Part shown: one piece after another, positions 34,320-43,840 of the stretch
How positions within the stretch are numbered: position 1 is the stretch's first letter
How the letters are laid out: every line of letters begins with the position of its first letter
Source of the DNA: an uncultured Eubacteriales bacterium
GTDB taxonomy: Bacteria > Acidobacteriota > Aminicenantia > Aminicenantales > Aminicenantaceae
NCBI GenBank assembly: GCA_964435925.1
Contig: CAYTBG010000004.1
Span: 1,792-56,031 of the forward strand
Length of the DNA stretch: 54,240 bases
Direction of reading: 5' to 3'
Made by a program: the position numbers and the translations under genes
Notes under the pieces: generated by a model
The model's input: only the letters and a program-made list of their open reading frames with translations
The model's database searches: none
What the model was told of the DNA's origin: nothing

Positions 34320-36905
34320 TCATTCATTCCGCAAAGAGTACACCGGATTTGCTGCTGCGGCTTTTATGGATTGGTAACTAACTATAAGCATGGCAATAAT
34401 CAAGGCCAGCGCTGCTGAAAGGATAAACGTCCACAGCCTGATGCTGGTCCGATAAGCAAAGCTCTGGAGCCACATGTGCATCACAAAATACGCAACCGGC
34501 CATGCAATCACATTTGCCAGCAATACCCATTTTGTGAATTCCTTAGACAGCATGGCTGTAATCCCCAAAATTGAGGCTCCCAACACTTTCCGGATACCGA
34601 TTTCTTTGGTCTTCTGCTCAGCGACAAAAGCAGCCAGGCCATACAGGCCGAGACAGGCGATAAAGATGGCAAGGCAAGTGAAATAACCGAAGATCTTTCC
34701 TAGACGTTGTTCATCCCAGTAAAGTCTGTCAAAATCCTCATCCAGAAAATGGTAATCGAATGGGTATTCAGGATTAATCCTGTTCCATACACCCTCCAAA
34801 TACTTTATGGCTGATACATAATTCTCAGATGGAATTCGTGTGATGATATAGGTATAGGGCATAGCCTTAGGAGTTAAAATTAGTGGTTTTATTTCCGTGC
34901 GAAGAGGCTTGAAATTGAAGTCCTTGACGACTCCGATAATCTTTCCTTCCATATCCCACATACTAAATCTTTTCCCGACGGGATCATTTAAACTCATTTC
35001 GTTTATCGCTGTCTCGTTCAGGATGAAATTCGAAGTATCAGAAATGATTTCTCTTGAGAAATTTCTACCCTGAGCCATTTCCATCCGGAAGGTTTCAATA
35101 AAGTCAAAATCAACAGACGCATAATTGTATACAGCATCAAGTTTTGGATCTTTTCCTTCCCAATCCAATCCTCCGGCACCGGTGTCCAAAAAAGACGGTA
35201 ATGCATTGCTGGCTGTGATATTCAAGACATTGGGACTTTGCACTATTTCATTCTTTAAAAGCTGGTATTTATTTTGAGTCTCGCCCTGGAGCGGGAGATA
35301 GATGAGATTTTCTTTGTTATAGCCTAAGTCCCTTTTGCGAATGTATTCGAGCTGGGAATATATGACAACCGTCCCGATGATGAAAATTATGGAAAGCGAA
35401 AATTGGGCAACGACCAGCGCTCTTCGAAACAGCGGTCTCTTCGAACCTGAGCTTAACGATCCTTTTATAATCCCAATTGTCCTGAATGAAGAAAGAAACA
35501 GGGCTGGATAAATGGCTGATAAACATCCGGTTAAGACGGTTATGCCAAGCAGTTCCAATAACAGGGATAGATCAAAGGAATCTGTAAAAGATAATGGTTT
35601 TCCTGAAAGGGTGTTAAAAGCAGGAAGAAATAGAAAAGCTAGGAGAACAGCCACTCCAGACGAAACCAATGATAACATGAGAGATTCACCAAAAAACTGT
35701 TTGACAATATCTCCTTTCTGGGCTCCAACGACTTTTCTCATCCCAATCTCTTTTGATCTCTTACTTGAGTAAGCCGTGGTCAGGTTCATGAAATTGATGC
35801 AGGCTATCATCAAGACGACAAAAGCGATGATCGAAAAAATGGTCAAATATTTGACAACTGTATTGCTGCCATTAATTGGAAACAGATAAATCTTGTAAAG
35901 AGGTTGCATCATTAACATCCACCTGGTACCTGATTTAACCTCCTTCAAAAAACCGGAGATCTTCTGTTCAACATCCAGATTGGACGATGATTCCTGGAGA
36001 AGCACATAGGTGTGTACGTACGTTGCCCCCCAGGAATTAAGGCCACTGGCATCCCACTCTTGTCGAAGTCTTTCTCTGTCTAAATTCTCTAAAATTGCGC
36101 TCGGTACCAAGAAATCAAACTGAATATGGGAATTGGATGGCAAGTTTTTCATCACGCCAGTGACAATGAAATCTCTTTTAACATTTACGGACATAGTTTT
36201 TCCGATGGGATCCTTATTGCCAAAATATTTTTGTGCCATATCTTCAGTGATGACAATAGAATTGGTACTGGATAATGCTGTTTCAGGATTGCCGCTTACG
36301 AGAGGAAATGTAAACATCTCGAAAAATGAAGGATCTGTAAAGTAAAATCGATCTTCATTAAAGGCATGAGATCCATAACTAACCAGGACCTTAGCCTCAA
36401 AAATTCTGGTTGCATTCACAATGTCCGGGTAACTTTCTTTTAAGGCGGGTGCTAAAGGAAATTGAGTGTGTGAAAACGGTTCGATTCTGCCATTAGACCG
36501 ATGTGACTCGATGGTAACTTTGAAAATCCGCTCTCCCTTTTCGTGAAACCGGTCGAAACTCAATTCATTGCGGATCCACATCAGGATCAGGATGCAGCAG
36601 GCCAAACCCACAGCAAGTCCGGTGATGTTGATAAATGAATATCCCTTATACCGTTTTATGATTCTCAATGCGATTTTTAGATAGTTTTTAAACATTTCAA
36701 AACTCCAATAAATAGTTGTTAGGATAAATAACGGCAGGGGCTGAAAAATTTGCCAGGCATACCACATATCCGCCCTGAATTGACTCTTTTCCATTAGGAT
36801 CATACGGTATTCTTCTTCCGTGTCGCCTAGGATGCCGATTTTTCTTGAGGAGGAAAGGATGCTGAGAATTCTTTCAGCGAATTTTGGAGGTTTTGTTCTT
36901 TTCAT
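34320..36905 (-). CDS. Duplicated-domain ABC permease (ADOP-like)
   Basis: Start reassigned to ATG 36905 (MKRTKPPKF); YSFINITGLAVG, ACINFMNL, EIGIRKVLGA, ANPVYSLRNE. Confidence 0.92.
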   Translation of the reverse strand: MKRTKPPKFAERILSILSSSRKIGILGDTEEEYRMILMEKSQFRADMWYAWQIFQPLPLFILTTIYWSFEMFKNYLKIALRIIKRYKGYSFINITGLAVGLACCILILMWIRNELSFDRFHEKGERIFKVTIESHRSNGRIEPFSHTQFPLAPALKESYPDIVNATRIFEAKVLVSYGSHAFNEDRFYFTDPSFFEMFTFPLVSGNPETALSSTNSIVITEDMAQKYFGNKDPIGKTMSVNVKRDFIVTGVMKNLPSNSHIQFDFLVPSAILENLDRERLRQEWDASGLNSWGATYVHTYVLLQESSSNLDVEQKISGFLKEVKSGTRWMLMMQPLYKIYLFPINGSNTVVKYLTIFSIIAFVVLMIACINFMNLTTAYSSKRSKEIGMRKVVGAQKGDIVKQFFGESLMLSLVSSGVAVLLAFLFLPAFNTLSGKPLSFTDSFDLSLLLELLGITVLTGCLSAIYPALFLSSFRTIGIIKGSLSSGSKRPLFRRALVVAQFSLSIIFIIGTVVIYSQLEYIRKRDLGYNKENLIYLPLQGETQNKYQLLKNEIVQSPNVLNITASNALPSFLDTGAGGLDWEGKDPKLDAVYNYASVDFDFIETFRMEMAQGRNFSREIISDTSNFILNETAINEMSLNDPVGKRFSMWDMEGKIIGVVKDFNFKPLRTEIKPLILTPKAMPYTYIITRIPSENYVSAIKYLEGVWNRINPEYPFDYHFLDEDFDRLYWDEQRLGKIFGYFTCLAIFIACLGLYGLAAFVAEQKTKEIGIRKVLGASILGITAMLSKEFTKWVLLANVIAWPVAYFVMHMWLQSFAYRTSIRLWTFILSAALALIIAMLIVSYQSIKAAAANPVYSLRNE

Positions 36906-37237
36906 CTGCCGGTCTTCACGTCCCAGGTCAGCTCTGCATATCCATTCCATATTTTTTGTTGCATCTCAAAGGCATGTTTTAGAGCCAGGTTTCCCTCAGA
37001 TGTGAGAGCATAATAGATTCGACTCCGGCCTCCCCGTTCAGGTTTGGATTCCCCTGTGAAACGTTTGACATATCCCTTTTTGGTTAGTTGTTCCAGGATA
37101 AAATAGAGTGTGCCGTAGGGTAGGGCTTTGCCTGTGTTTTTTTGGATGTGTCGTTTGATGGCCACTCCGTAGGCAATGTCTTTAAGCTGCAGGATGGTTA
37201 AAAGCAGTGTTTCTTCAGCTTTGGTCAGTTCTTTCAT
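36902..37237 (-). CDS. PadR family transcriptional regulator
   Basis: AYGVAIKRHI, GTLYFILEQLTKKGYV, RGGRSRIYYALTSEG. Confidence 0.92.
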   Translation of the reverse strand: MKELTKAEETLLLTILQLKDIAYGVAIKRHIQKNTGKALPYGTLYFILEQLTKKGYVKRFTGESKPERGGRSRIYYALTSEGNLALKHAFEMQQKIWNGYAELTWDVKTGR

Positions 37238-37467
37238 ATAAAATCCTTTTTCGTAAGATTACAAGAAACTTGTAGATATTCATATTATTTAGACGAGTTA
37301 ATAGCAAAAAAGGTTGCTTTATTTATTTTTAAAATTTTAGGAATGGATATTTGATATTCTCTGGTGTTCCCACATGCCTTGGATTTAAAATCCCTCGCAG
37401 GTTCGCCCACGTGCCGGGTCTAGTCCAGCCCTCGTCCTTCTGCAATTTTTCTGCGGGAATAGGTCTG

Positions 37468-37985
37468 AAAATGGCGCCTGTCCCCATTTCTCTAAACTTG
37501 ACTTCACGGACACCTGAGAGTAAAATCTCCCCACAACCAAAATGGAGGAGATTAAGCTCCCCACGCTTCAGGATGTAAAAAAAGATGATATGTAAACATT
37601 GTCTCAAAGAAGTGACGCAATATGCTCCTCTTGGCTACTGTGCTCAGTGTGGCGTATGGTACAAAGCCGAAGGCGAAGAAATAAAGGGCGTATACATGCT
37701 CTGTTCTACAAAAAAAGACAATCCAGAAAAGTGCAATCTGGTAGTTCAAGGCCTGTTCATAGGGGCTGAAGAATTGCCAGAAAGTGGAGAAACACCTATT
37801 GCTACAACAAGAATGCCCAACGTTCGTAAAGCCGATAAGATCTGTGTCTCTTGTGCGGATAAACACTTTGTTTTGTAGCTTTTTAATTAGACCTTAGAGC
37901 GGTCAGATTCATGGCCGTTTTTTTTAAAACCAGCCTGTCCCCTTTTCCCAACTTGGTGTGAAAATGGGGCCTGTCCCCATTTCTC
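37468..37985 (+). repeat. Direct REP pair (24/25 identical) plus a partial third copy
   Basis: AAAATGGCGCCTGTCCCCATTTCTC 37468-37492; AAAATGGGGCCTGTCCCCATTTCTC 37961-37985; partial CAGCCTGTCCCCTTTT near 37931. Confidence 0.8.
37585..37878 (+). CDS. Small Cys-rich (putative zinc-binding) protein
   Basis: CKHC, CAQC, C..C pair and CVSC in 97 aa. Confidence 0.55.
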   Translation: MICKHCLKEVTQYAPLGYCAQCGVWYKAEGEEIKGVYMLCSTKKDNPEKCNLVVQGLFIGAEELPESGETPIATTRMPNVRKADKICVSCADKHFVL

Positions 37986-38300
37986 AACCTATTTCACAAA
38001 AGAAAACTATGGAATCTCAATTTTAAGGGTGGTTTTTGGCTTGTACGCATCCTCGACTGCGGTGAACTCTTTAGCCTTTTCAGGTGAGGGAATGAATGCA
38101 AAATTCACCTTTCATATCCTCTCTACTGATGATTGACAGTATGAGAGTACTCTGCAAGTATATGAGTTTGCGGTGACTAACCTGTGGATACTATTTGATG
38201 AAACTGTTTTTGGGAAGAAGAGAAAAATAACTTGCAGTGACCGTCTATTATCTATGAATTATTTGAGAGCTGTTTTAAGAAAGGCAAACTTGAAAAGAGT

Positions 38301-38315
38301 TGACAAATATTGTCA
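38301..38315. promoter_or_regulatory. TGACA-N5-TGTCA palindrome upstream of pilB
   Basis: TGACA-AATAT-TGTCA; the same motif lies upstream of the pilin. Confidence 0.45.
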
Positions 38316-38352
38316 AATTGTTTATTTTAAGGGAATTCCATAAGGAGCAATA

Positions 38353-40116
38353 ATGGGATCAAACCTTGGCGAACTTCTTATCCGGGAAAAAGTCATAAAT
38401 CAAGACCAACTGAAGACTGCTTCTGATTATGAGAAGAAGAATAAAGTTTCTATCGGAAATGCTCTGGTAACCTTAGGTCATATTTCAGAAGAAGAAATGG
38501 CCCAGGCATTAAGCCGCCAGCTGGGATATCCTTATATTGACCTTAGTCAATTCGAAGTCTACCCCGATGTCATCAATCTTATCCCTGTGGACATCGCCAA
38601 AAAACACATGATTATGCCTATTCATAGAATTCGGTCTTTTTTAACGATGGCCATGGTCGACCCAACAGATTTGGATGTCATCGAAAATGTCAGGTTTCGT
38701 ACGAGCTTGAGCATCCAGCCTGTTATCGCCTCAGAGTCCGGGATTAATGATGCCATAACCAAATACTACGGTGCTTCTGATTCCGTACGTGTTAAAGAAA
38801 TACTGGACGAATTCGAGCATGATGATGGTGGAGCAGTAGACGTAGTTGAGGATGAAGGGGACGAGTATAGTATGGAAGAGCTTCTTCACTCCACAGAAGA
38901 GGCTCCTGTCATCACTCTTGTGAATACGATATTTATGGATGCCATAAGAAAAGGAGCCAGTGATGTCCATTTTGAGCCGTATGAGCGCTCCTTCCGAGTG
39001 AGATACCGCATTGACGGCGTACTTCATGAAATGATGGATCTAGCCATGAAGTTCAAAAACCCGGTGCTCTCACGGGTGAAGATCCTCTCTGCCATGGATA
39101 TAGCAGAAAAGAGGTTGCCTCAGGACGGACGGATAAAAATGAGAGTAAAATGGGGGGAGAACAATCGCAAAGAAGTTGATATGAGAGTCTCTGCTATACC
39201 AACGATGTTTGGGGAGAAAATTGTTTCCCGTATTCTTGACCGCGAAATGTTGAAGTTAGATCTTACGAAATTAGGTTTTGAGAGGGAGTCTCTTGACGTT
39301 TTTGAGAAAGCTATCGCCAGACCCTGGGGAATTATTCTGGTTACTGGGCCTACAGGAAGCGGGAAGACAAATACTCTGTATTCCGCTATCTCCACTATAA
39401 ACGCCCATGAAAAGAACATCATGACGGCTGAAGATCCTGTAGAGTTTTATATGCCTGGTATAAACCAGGTTAATATAAAGGAAGAAATTGGCTTAAATTT
39501 TGCCGCTTCTCTTAGATCTTTCTTAAGACAGGACCCTGATATCATGCTTGTCGGTGAGATGAGGGATTATGAGACTGTTGATATTGCTATAAAAGCCGCG
39601 CTAACTGGCCATCTTGTCTTTTCCACTGTTCATACCAACGATGCAGCAGGCACCATTGTCAGGCTTGTGAACATGGATATCGAGCCCTTTTTGATATCAG
39701 ATTCTCTCGCTCTAATCGTAGCCCAAAGGCTCGTAAGACGTCTCTGCCAAAAATGCCGTGAAGAACAAGAGCTTGCTCCTGAAGCCCTTATTGACATCGG
39801 CTTTTCCCCAGAAGAAGCCAACAAAGTGTCCGTCTTTAAAAACAAGGGCTGTGCTGCTTGCAATGACACAGGCTTCAAGGGAAGGACCGGGCTTTTTGAA
39901 GTCATGGAAATAAATGATGCTATAAGAGATATTATTTTAAAAAAGGGACAACCCAGGGAAATAAAAGCGGTAGCTATGGAGCAGGGAATGGTTACCTTGC
40001 GTCAAAGCGGGTTGATTAAGATAAAAGAGGGAGTAACCTCAGTCGAGGAAGTCTTAAGAGAAACCGTAAAAGACGGGGAGAGAAAGGATGACAAAAACAA
40101 TCCAGGAAATGCTTAA
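38353..40116 (+). CDS. pilB: Type IV pilus assembly ATPase
   Basis: GASDVHFEP, EKRLPQDGR, GPTGSGKT, LRQDPD, TVHTND, CxxC..CxxC. Confidence 0.96.
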   Translation: MGSNLGELLIREKVINQDQLKTASDYEKKNKVSIGNALVTLGHISEEEMAQALSRQLGYPYIDLSQFEVYPDVINLIPVDIAKKHMIMPIHRIRSFLTMAMVDPTDLDVIENVRFRTSLSIQPVIASESGINDAITKYYGASDSVRVKEILDEFEHDDGGAVDVVEDEGDEYSMEELLHSTEEAPVITLVNTIFMDAIRKGASDVHFEPYERSFRVRYRIDGVLHEMMDLAMKFKNPVLSRVKILSAMDIAEKRLPQDGRIKMRVKWGENNRKEVDMRVSAIPTMFGEKIVSRILDREMLKLDLTKLGFERESLDVFEKAIARPWGIILVTGPTGSGKTNTLYSAISTINAHEKNIMTAEDPVEFYMPGINQVNIKEEIGLNFAASLRSFLRQDPDIMLVGEMRDYETVDIAIKAALTGHLVFSTVHTNDAAGTIVRLVNMDIEPFLISDSLALIVAQRLVRRLCQKCREEQELAPEALIDIGFSPEEANKVSVFKNKGCAACNDTGFKGRTGLFEVMEINDAIRDIILKKGQPREIKAVAMEQGMVTLRQSGLIKIKEGVTSVEEVLRETVKDGERKDDKNNPGNA

Positions 40117-41206
40117 AATTGCCTCCGACAGGGACGCCAGTGATTTACACATAACAACCAGCATCCCCCCCAGAATCAGAGTCCATGGCAGATTGATCTC
40201 GCTCGACCATCCAGCTTTAACTGCTGTTGAAACCAAGAATCTTATCTACAGTTTATTAACAGATAAGCAGAAGAAAACGTTTGAAGAGAAACTGGAGCTT
40301 GATTTCTCCTTTGGTATAAAAGATGTGGGACGCTTTCGGGCGAATGTCTTCATGCAGAGAGGAGCAGTTGCAGCAGCCTTTCGGAGATTTCTTAGCCAGA
40401 TGTGGAGCTTTCCTAAGTTGGGCGTTCCGCCGAGAGTTGCCCAGCTCTGCTATCTGCCCCGGGGATTGGTCTTGGTGACGGGGCCAACAGGCTGTGGGAA
40501 GTCAACAACTCTAGCTTGCATGATTGAACATATCAATGCAGAAAGAGGCGTTCATATAGTAACCATAGAAGATCCTATTGAATATTTTTTCGCTCCTGGT
40601 AAGTCCATGATCAACCAAAGGGAACTCGGTTCTGATACATTGTCTTACCCCAACGCCCTTCGTTCTGTTTTGAGAGAAGATCCAGATGTTGTTTTTGTCG
40701 GGGAAATGAGAGATTTACCAACTGTAGAATCCACCTTGCACGTGGCCGAAACCGGGCATCTCACTCTTTCAACCCTTCATACTAATTCAGCGTCTGAGAC
40801 GGTTTCAAGGATTGTCGATATTTTCCCCGCTCAGTACCAGGCTCAAATAAGAATCACACTTTCCATGTGCTTGGAAGCGGTGTTGACTCAGGCCCTCTTG
40901 CCTCGAGCGGGAGGAATTGGAAGAGTTCTGGCCATGGAGATCCTCATCCCTAATGCAGCAATCAGGAATCTCATAAGAGAAAATAAGCTCCACCAGATAT
41001 ACTCCGCCATGCAAATGGGCCAAGAGAAATATGGGATGCTAACCTTTAACCAATCTTTAGCCAGCCTTTATAACAGAGGACAAATCACCCTCGAGACCGC
41101 CATGAGAGTCTCCTACAAACCGGAGGAATTGACAGAGATTATTGAAAGAGGAGGAGTACGCAAAGTGGCAACTGAAGGCTATTCTCCAGCTAATTCGAGA
41201 AAATAA
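40088..41206 (+). CDS. pilT: Twitching motility ATPase
   Basis: ASDLHI, GPTGCGKSTT, TIEDPIE, LREDPD, AETGHL, AIRNLIRE. Confidence 0.96.
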   Translation: MTKTIQEMLKIASDRDASDLHITTSIPPRIRVHGRLISLDHPALTAVETKNLIYSLLTDKQKKTFEEKLELDFSFGIKDVGRFRANVFMQRGAVAAAFRRFLSQMWSFPKLGVPPRVAQLCYLPRGLVLVTGPTGCGKSTTLACMIEHINAERGVHIVTIEDPIEYFFAPGKSMINQRELGSDTLSYPNALRSVLREDPDVVFVGEMRDLPTVESTLHVAETGHLTLSTLHTNSASETVSRIVDIFPAQYQAQIRITLSMCLEAVLTQALLPRAGGIGRVLAMEILIPNAAIRNLIRENKLHQIYSAMQMGQEKYGMLTFNQSLASLYNRGQITLETAMRVSYKPEELTEIIERGGVRKVATEGYSPANSRK

Positions 41207-41219
41207 AAGGAGGAATGAA

Positions 41220-42422
41220 ATGGCTGTTTTTGTCTGGAAAGGTAAAAATCGTTATGGAGATGTTGTCGATGGAGAGCGTGTTGCTAAATCCCTCGCAGAC
41301 TTGACAAGAACCCTGAAGAGAGAGCAGATAACCGTCTTTGATGTCTCAAAGAAAAAAGTTGAGATAAAGATCCCCTTTCTTAAAAGAGAAAAGGTCAATC
41401 TCAAAGAATTAGCGGTCTACAGCAGGCAAATTTCTGTTTTGGTAGACGCAGATCTTCCTTTGATTCAAAGCTTGACCATGCTGGCCGATCAGACAAAGAA
41501 CATATATTTTAAAACTGTAATTCAAACCATCAGGAAAGATGTTGAGGCTGGTTCCACTTTAAATGAGGCCAAAAGGAAATATCCCAAGGTCTTTGATAAC
41601 CTCTACTGCAATCTTGTGGCCTCAGGAGAGCAGAGCGGTTCGCTTGATGTTATGCTGCGGCGCTTAGCCGAGTATTTGGAAAGTGTTGTCAAGTTAAAGG
41701 CCCAGATCAAACAGGCAATGACATACCCTGTGGCTGTCTTGGTTTTTTCTATTGTAGTTACGATTTTCATGATGTGGAAGGTTGTTCCGGTCTTTTCTAA
41801 TATTTTTATCGAGCTGGGAGCAGATATGCCCCTCCTTACAGTGATCGTTCTAATTATCAGTAATTTTGTCCAGAGCTATATATTGTTCATTTTTCTCGGG
41901 ATTATAGGCTCTGTTTTTCTTTTCAGGTATTTTAAGAAAACAAGGACGGGAAGAAGGATCATTGATCAATCGATGCTTAAAATGCCTCTTTTTGGACCAT
42001 TGTTCCGGAAGGTTGCCTTCTCTCGAATAACACGAACTTTAGCCACACTCCTTTCTGGAGGTGTGCCCATGCTGGAGAGTCTTAAAATCACCTCCACTAC
42101 GGCTGGAAATGTTATCTTAGAAGATCGTATTATGGCGGCCCGAACCCTGGTCTCCGAGGGAGGAAATCTTACAGATGCCCTTAGAGAAAAAGCCTTTTTT
42201 CCATTAATGATAACTCAGATGGTAAGTGTGGGCGAAGCCACGGGAAATCTGGATTCAATGTTGGGCAAGGTAGCCGATTTTTATGATGATGAGGTTGAAA
42301 CTGCAGTTGGGTCCCTTCTTTCTATATTGGAGCCCATTCTTCTTATCTTCATCGGAGGGTTAATCGGATCGATCGTTATTTCCATGTACCTGCCTGTCTT
42401 CAGTCTGATGCAACAGTTTTAA
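41220..42422 (+). CDS. pilC: Type IV pilus platform protein (GspF family)
   Basis: AGGAGG RBS, ATG 41220 (MAVFVWKG); GEQSGSLD, YPVAV, VGEATGNLD, MYLPVF. Confidence 0.95.
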   Translation: MAVFVWKGKNRYGDVVDGERVAKSLADLTRTLKREQITVFDVSKKKVEIKIPFLKREKVNLKELAVYSRQISVLVDADLPLIQSLTMLADQTKNIYFKTVIQTIRKDVEAGSTLNEAKRKYPKVFDNLYCNLVASGEQSGSLDVMLRRLAEYLESVVKLKAQIKQAMTYPVAVLVFSIVVTIFMMWKVVPVFSNIFIELGADMPLLTVIVLIISNFVQSYILFIFLGIIGSVFLFRYFKKTRTGRRIIDQSMLKMPLFGPLFRKVAFSRITRTLATLLSGGVPMLESLKITSTTAGNVILEDRIMAARTLVSEGGNLTDALREKAFFPLMITQMVSVGEATGNLDSMLGKVADFYDDEVETAVGSLLSILEPILLIFIGGLIGSIVISMYLPVFSLMQQF

Positions 42423-42496
42423 GGAGTAGAGAGGCAGAAGACAAAGATAACTTTCGCAAGACAGGGGGTCGAAAAGAATCAAGAAGAGCACCCAAA

Positions 42497-43840
42497 ATGC
42501 AAAAAAGACAGGAAACTGAAGAGATAGATACAAAAAAAAAAGATATCTTCTGGCTAATTCTTCTTCGTTTAATCATAGTCACGTCTCTTGTAGTTTCAGC
42601 CGTTATAATTCAATACAGCACATCAGTCTTTCTCCCGCTTAATTCCTTTTACTACTTAGTCCTCTTGTTCTACGTTCTCTCTTTCATCTATTTCATTTTT
42701 TATATCTGGGGAAAATATCTCACCCTCCAGGCATACTTGCAAATATTTTTCGACCTCCTTTTGATTACGGCCCTTGTCTATATTTCTGGAGGATTACAAG
42801 GGTCTTTTTACTTCCTTTATATTCTTGGAATAATTGCAGCAAGCATCGTTCTTTCAAAGCGTGCTGCCTATCTGACCGCAGCCCTCTCTGCCATCTTTTT
42901 TGGTTATCTTGTGGTTTTGATGTACCGGAGAATCATTCCTTCTTTTGCTCCCGAGGAAATTCCGGAGATTTCTCTGGGTCTTGTTATAAACAATATTTTT
43001 ATTGCCTGGAGTGCCTTTTTCCTCGTGGCCTTTTTAATGAATTACCTGACCGGGAGTTTACAGAAGACGAGGGACGAGCTTCGCCTGATTCAAAAAGAGC
43101 TTGAAGTAAAAAAACGGCTGGCAGTGGCTGGAGAGGTCTCAGCCCAACTGGCTCATGAAATCCGGAATCCCCTGGCAGCAATCTCAGGCTCTGTTCAGGT
43201 CCTGAAAGACGAATTAGGCCTGCGCGAAGAGCAAAAAGATCTGATGAATATCATCGTTAAAGAATCAGGGAGAGTTTCCCGATCCATTGAGCAATTCCTG
43301 AATTTAGCTTCCCCGGTCAAGCAAGCCTTCTCCTCTATCGATCTCTCAGCTATTTTAGAAGAAACCGTGGTCTTGCTTCAAAGCGGCGGCGAGCTAAACG
43401 GTGATTTTCGGGTCGAGGGGAACTTTAAATCAGTCCATGTTCGATATTTTGGAAGCGGCAGCCAGTTCAAGCAGCTTTTCTGGAATATCATTAAGAATTC
43501 GCTCAGAGCCATGCCCGATGGCGGGACGTTGACTGTTGATTTTAACCAGGAGAAAAAGGATGAAATCCAATTAAGGATGGCCGATACCGGAAAGGGCATG
43601 ACCGAAGAAGAAAAAGAAAGGATTTTTGAACCTTTCTATTCTGGTTTTGAGGGTGGGCAGGGAATTGGGATGGCTGTTGTTCACCGGATTGTGGACGACT
43701 ATAAAGGGGAAATCAAGATTGACTCTGAGCTTAATAAAGGAACAGAGGTCGTCATAACTCTTCCCCTGGGGGGACCTGGAAATCCACGAATACTGAAAAG
43801 TGTAAAGAAAAAGAAAGATGGAAAAAATACTCATAATTGA
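42497..43840 (+). CDS. pilS: Sensor histidine kinase PilS-like
   Basis: 6-TM N-terminus, LAHEIRNPL, DTGKG, GIGM. Confidence 0.85.
   Translation: MQKRQETEEIDTKKKDIFWLILLRLIIVTSLVVSAVIIQYSTSVFLPLNSFYYLVLLFYVLSFIYFIFYIWGKYLTLQAYLQIFFDLLLITALVYISGGLQGSFYFLYILGIIAASIVLSKRAAYLTAALSAIFFGYLVVLMYRRIIPSFAPEEIPEISLGLVINNIFIAWSAFFLVAFLMNYLTGSLQKTRDELRLIQKELEVKKRLAVAGEVSAQLAHEIRNPLAAISGSVQVLKDELGLREEQKDLMNIIVKESGRVSRSIEQFLNLASPVKQAFSSIDLSAILEETVVLLQSGGELNGDFRVEGNFKSVHVRYFGSGSQFKQLFWNIIKNSLRAMPDGGTLTVDFNQEKKDEIQLRMADTGKGMTEEEKERIFEPFYSGFEGGQGIGMAVVHRIVDDYKGEIKIDSELNKGTEVVITLPLGGPGNPRILKSVKKKKDGKNTHN

Noticed and set aside
34151-34381. 76 aa plus-strand ORF
   Set aside because: No RBS or motif; overlaps the gene fragment and the permease end
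25200-37300. Prophage or integrase call for the island
   Set aside because: No integrase, transposase or phage structural motifs seen in any ORF
37329-37866. ORFs 37329-37607 (-), 37351-37578 (+), 37552-37866 (-)
   Set aside because: Run through REP sequence or are antisense to the Cys-rich ORF; a relic near 37330-37440 is possible but unrecognisable
37990-38290. Possible decayed gene before pilB
   Set aside because: All frames interrupted; no recognisable family
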